The position numbers and the translations under genes were made by a program. Under the pieces are notes generated by a model, which was not told the origin of the DNA, did not search any database, and saw only the letters and a program-made list of their open reading frames with translations. A stretch of 32,000 nt of DNA from Mycolicibacterium smegmatis (GTDB lineage Bacteria > Actinomycetota > Actinomycetes > Mycobacteriales > Mycobacteriaceae): the NCBI RefSeq assembly GCF_001457595.1, contig NZ_LN831039.1, positions 5,190,001 through 5,222,000 of the forward strand, read 5' to 3'. Position 1 is the first letter of the stretch. Every line of letters starts with the position of its first letter. Below are positions 30,826 through 32,000 of this stretch, piece by piece.

Positions 30826-32000
30826 TCAGAACGGTGGGGGTTTGTTGTGTTCGGCGACGAGGTCGTCGTTGAGTTTGCGTTCGGCGGCGATGGTGCGGGC
30901 GGTGTTCTGGGCGCGGGTGCGGCGTCGTTTGGGCATCTTGACCCCGCGCAGGTCGGGGTCGGCGGTAGGGATCGGGGTGGCCGGTAGGTCCAGTGCGCCG
31001 GTGGGTGCGGCCAGTTCGGTGATCGACAGGCGCCGGTGGCTTCCGGGCACAGTGGTGTACTCCCGCCCGGAAGGGGAGGTCCATACGATGGTGCCGTCGG
31101 GGTGTTGTCGGTCTGTCCAGCCGCGGGGGCCGGTCCAGAACGTTTTCAGAAGATGATGAAAACGACACAGACACTTCAGGTTTGAGGCATGCGTGGGCCC
31201 TGCGGGGTAGGGCACGGTGTGGTCGATGTCGCAGCGGTCGGCAGGTTTGTCACATCCGGGGAACCGGCAGGTCAAATCGCGGCAGCGCACATAGTCCGCG
31301 AGCGCGCGTGAGGGGATGTAGCGGTCTTCCGGTGGGGTGTCGCCGGGGTGGATCAGCGGGCGGATGGTGGCGTTGTTGATGATCTCGGCCAGCGCGTAGG
31401 CCGGCAGCACCCCGCCGCCGAACAGCACTGCCGGTGGCACCCGATCCAGGGGCTCCTCGTGCGGGGCGAGGAACGCCGACGGTGTGCCGCTGCTGGTTTC
31501 GGTGAACTCGGCGACAGTGAGGGATCCGGCGTCGCAAAAGGTTCCAGCGGACTCGGCGGTCTCGGTGGCGGTGTCGGTGTCGGCGGCGGGTGCGATACCG
31601 GGGTCGTTCTCGGTGCCCACGGTCTCGGTGTCGGCGGCGGTGTTGTCGGTGGCGGTGTTGCCGGTGTTGTCGGTGTCGGGTTCCCCGTCGGGGGTGGGTT
31701 CACCATAGGTGGGCGGTGCGCTGGTCTGCGCGGCGGCGTGTTGGGCGGCGGTGACGGTGTCTTCGCGGGCGATGACGTGCAAAACGAGGTGTCCGCGGGG
31801 GGATGTTTCGCGGCCGCGCGCACATTCGGGGTCGGCGCACTCACAGGCCAGGGTGGTGTGGTCGAGGATGGCGCCGAGGGCGTCGTGGCGCAGCTCGTTG
31901 AGGGTGCGCGGGTCTTCCGGGCACACCCCTTCGATGAGTTCGGCGATCCGGGCGTCGTAGGCGTTGCCGAGGTCGGCCTGCAGCCGCCCGTTGACCGACA
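30826..32000 (-). CDS. DUF222 + HNH endonuclease-domain protein (REP13E12-type), 5' end outside the window
   Basis: HNH region CRFPGCDKPADRCDIDHTVPYPAGPTHASNLKCLCRFHHLLKTF. The frame stays open upstream of the track start (…ADLGNAYDARIAELIEGVCPEDPRTLNELRHDALGAIL) to position 32000, so the N-terminus is truncated by the window. Thr/Asp/Ala/Asn-rich insert in the middle. Confidence 0.88.
   Translation of the reverse strand, partial: SVNGRLQADLGNAYDARIAELIEGVCPEDPRTLNELRHDALGAILDHTTLACECADPECARGRETSPRGHLVLHVIAREDTVTAAQHAAAQTSAPPTYGEPTPDGEPDTDNTGNTATDNTAADTETVGTENDPGIAPAADTDTATETAESAGTFCDAGSLTVAEFTETSSGTPSAFLAPHEEPLDRVPPAVLFGGGVLPAYALAEIINNATIRPLIHPGDTPPEDRYIPSRALADYVRCRDLTCRFPGCDKPADRCDIDHTVPYPAGPTHASNLKCLCRFHHLLKTFWTGPRGWTDRQHPDGTIVWTSPSGREYTTVPGSHRRLSITELAAPTGALDLPATPIPTADPDLRGVKMPKRRRTRAQNTARTIAAERKLNDDLVAEHNKPPPF

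Overview
High-GC actinobacterial chromosomal DNA; hand-counted 60-nt lines in ordinary genes give about 65-72% G+C. Gene content, order and protein sequences match the mycobacterial core region that in M. tuberculosis H37Rv runs from Rv1224 (tatB) back to Rv1201c (dapD). In order: tatB-htrA-rseA-sigE on the minus strand, an O-methyltransferase, a TetR regulator with its ABC efflux pair, glgC/glgM, DUF3117, tag, gpgS, folP2, fadD6, a LOG-family gene, an Rv1204c-like P-loop ATPase, then dapE/dapD. The divergence from M. tuberculosis and the extra genes suggest a fast-growing Mycolicibacterium (M. smegmatis-like); this is inference. I call 29 CDS, one truncated by the window end. I saw no rRNA, tRNA, CRISPR array or transposase. 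Most long ORFs in the six-frame track that lie antisense to these genes are high-GC artefacts. The stand-out is a same-strand three-gene cassette at 18988-22981. Gene 1 encodes a 762-aa protein with an EspA/EspE-like WxG hairpin N-terminus and about 550 aa that I cannot assign. Gene 2 is a translationally coupled lipoprotein. Gene 3 is an EspC-like protein with a YxxxD motif and a low-complexity tail. The C-terminal two-thirds of gene 1 plus the lipoprotein gene form a visibly lower-GC block rich in rare codons (about 19400-21960), so the compositional breakpoint falls inside gene 1. That pattern is expected when an effector/partner module is swapped onto a conserved type VII targeting domain. 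No ESX core machinery is present in the window. Smaller observations are a nested palindrome/direct-repeat operator at the TetR gene, an ECF-type promoter inside sigE, perfect 11-bp-phased direct repeats upstream of DUF3117 and fadD6, an ARE-like ABC-F gene, a fused indolepyruvate:ferredoxin oxidoreductase, and a DUF222/HNH (REP13E12-type) gene at the right edge.
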